Shown: one piece after another, positions 28,133 through 29,575 of the stretch
How positions within the stretch are numbered: position 1 is the first letter of the stretch
Layout of the letters: every line of letters starts with the position of its first letter
DNA from: Candidatus Hydrogenedentota bacterium
GTDB lineage: Bacteria > Hydrogenedentota > Hydrogenedentia > Hydrogenedentales > SLHB01
Length of the DNA: 29,575 nucleotides
Reading direction: 5' to 3'
Assembly: GCA_029974275.1 (NCBI GenBank)
Contig: JARKSN010000013.1
Coordinates: 1-29,575, forward strand
Notes under the pieces: generated by a model
The model's input: only the letters and a program-made list of their open reading frames with translations
Database searches by the model: none
What the model was told of the DNA's origin: nothing
Program-made: the position numbers and the translations under genes

Positions 28133-28885
28133 ATGCCCAAACGGAAGAGATACCCTTGCCCCATGCATACCCACAGTACATTCGCCGCACTGCAATTGGA
28201 GATTTCCTGGCTCGACGCCGAAACCCTCCAGCAAACCCTGGAACAGCAGACGGGCCTAGACATCCGCCTCGTTCTTACGGACAATTCCTCCACGTTCATG
28301 TCGTTGCGCCGCGTATCAGACCGTCAAATCGCCTTGCGATTGCATCGCTTGTTTCTCACGGCGCCGCCGCATATCCTGCGCGCATTGACCGACTGGGTGA
28401 AACGCCCCGCACGCAAACGCACCGACAACCTGATCGAATCGTTCGTTGCGGCCAACGGCCATCTCATGCGCCCCAAGAACCGCGCGCCACGCCTTCGAAC
28501 GGTTGGCCAGCGTTACGATCTCAAGGCCATCGCCGACGGCATAAACCGCGATTTTTTCGATGGCTCCGTCACGGCTCCGGTCACCTGGGGAAAACGCCCC
28601 GCGCGAGGCAAGAGACGTTCAATCCGTTTTGGCAGTTATACGGCGTCCGATCATATCATTCGCATCCACCCCGCGCTCGACCAGGATTTCGTTCCCGAAT
28701 ACTTTCTCCGGTATATCGTTTTTCATGAAATGTTACACGCGCACCTTGGCGCGCCCGAGGGCCCATCCGGACGTCGCGCCGTTCACGGTCGCGCCTTTCA
28801 AGCGCGCGAACGCGCCTATCCCGATTACATGCGCGCGACGGCATGGCAAAACGACGCCGCCAATATTCGCCACTTGCTGCGGTGA
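28133..28885 (+). CDS. SprT-like / YgjP-like HExxH metalloprotease domain protein
   Basis: YDLKAIADGINRDFF, SIRFGSY, IRIHPALD, VFHEMLH, VHGRAF, ERAYPDY. The start could be ATG 28163. Confidence 0.8.
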   Translation: MPKRKRYPCPMHTHSTFAALQLEISWLDAETLQQTLEQQTGLDIRLVLTDNSSTFMSLRRVSDRQIALRLHRLFLTAPPHILRALTDWVKRPARKRTDNLIESFVAANGHLMRPKNRAPRLRTVGQRYDLKAIADGINRDFFDGSVTAPVTWGKRPARGKRRSIRFGSYTASDHIIRIHPALDQDFVPEYFLRYIVFHEMLHAHLGAPEGPSGRRAVHGRAFQARERAYPDYMRATAWQNDAANIRHLLR

Positions 28886-28994
28886 CATTGCGCGACGCGC
28901 AATCGCTCTTTTCATGAGCGCGAGTTGAAAACGATTCCCCGAATGCGACATAACGCACGCGGGATTCTTGCATTGAGCCGAGGAATACACTACA

Positions 28995-29333
28995 ATGCCG
29001 CCTCTGGACGCAAAACGCTTTTCCATATCGGAAGTAAGCGCGATGACCGCCGTCCCGGCGCACGTGTTGCGCCAGTGGGAGGAGCGGTTTATACAGTTGA
29101 ACCCCAAGAGGGACCGGGCAAACCGCCGGCGCTATCTCCAAAAAGACGTCGACATCGTCCTGCGCATCAAGAAGCTGTTATGGCAGGAAAAGATGACCAG
29201 CGAAGGAGCGAAACAACTCCTTGACGACGAAATTCGCAGAGAAGGCCGGCCTCGCACGCGACAAGACGTCATGCGCCTCATTGACGAAATTCAACGCGAG
29301 GTGCGCGACCTGATCGATCGACTCGGGCCCTAA
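28995..29333 (+). CDS. MerR-family HTH transcriptional regulator
   Basis: FSISEVS, VPAHVLRQWEERF, RRRY, EKMTSEGAK; the type usually found next to tRNA-Pro. Confidence 0.9.
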   Translation: MPPLDAKRFSISEVSAMTAVPAHVLRQWEERFIQLNPKRDRANRRRYLQKDVDIVLRIKKLLWQEKMTSEGAKQLLDDEIRREGRPRTRQDVMRLIDEIQREVRDLIDRLGP

Positions 29334-29362
29334 TACATCACCCATACCACGCCTATCACGGT

Positions 29363-29440
29363 CGGGGCGTAGCGCAGCCCGGTTAGCGCACTTGCCTGGG
29401 GGGCAAGGGGTCGCTGGTTCGAATCCAGTCGCCCCGACCA
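29363..29440 (+). tRNA. tRNA-Pro (anticodon GGG)
   Basis: Acceptor stem CGGGGCG/CGCCCCG, D-arm TAGCGCAGCCCGGTTAGCGC, anticodon arm CTTGC-CTGGGGG-GCAAG, T-loop GGTTCGAATCC, encoded 3' ACCA. Confidence 0.97.
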
Positions 29441-29575
29441 TTTTCCATCCCGTTGGATTTCTCGATCCGCTTGTTCGCCGCATCAAAGGTTATTTGCTCA
29501 CCACACGCGTGATGCCGTGCCCGATGGACTGCCGGTCGTTATCACGGCGGTTCCGTGCGTTCCCGATAGTTCTTA

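Noticed and set aside
29441..29575. Possible attachment site or island after tRNA-Pro
   Set aside because: Only 135 bp are visible; I found no integrase and no repeat of the tRNA 3' end in the window.

Overview
A 29.6-kb, GC-rich bacterial chromosomal window with no transposase, integrase or CRISPR array that I can see. A DUF1559-type prepilin-like gene ending [18 protein letters not shown] suggests Candidatus Hydrogenedentes or a PVC-like lineage (inference). Left part, mostly on the minus strand: menA-menC-menE (menE runs off the edge and is missing from the ORF track), a GNAT acetyltransferase, an LmtA-like methyltransferase, an LbH acyltransferase, a thiolase, a secreted glycoside-hydrolase-like protein, an oppA-oppB pair, an Fe-ADH, and an S2P-CBS / small Cys-rich / YbaK cluster. 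Middle: a sensor-less hybrid histidine kinase, a TPR protein, lexA with a CTGAA-N6-TTCAG palindrome over its predicted promoter followed by a stand-alone Lon-N gene, a DUF1559 prepilin-like gene, a Gfo/Idh/MocA oxidoreductase and a dCMP deaminase. The most unusual part is the divergent locus at 21658-28093. Leftward is an 813-aa protein with a Zn ribbon, coiled coils, about 5 TM helices, an Ig-like domain and a PilP/GspC-HR-like C-terminus. Rightward are a 58-aa TM/Zn-ribbon protein missing from the ORF track, a double-Zn-ribbon TM-TPR protein, and a secreted TPR protein whose N-terminus looks like a catalytically dead P1-nuclease/PLC domain. This is a candidate uncharacterised trans-envelope complex. 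The window ends with an HExxH (SprT-like) protein, a MerR-type HTH gene and tRNA-Pro(GGG). All family calls come from reading motifs by eye; no searches were run.
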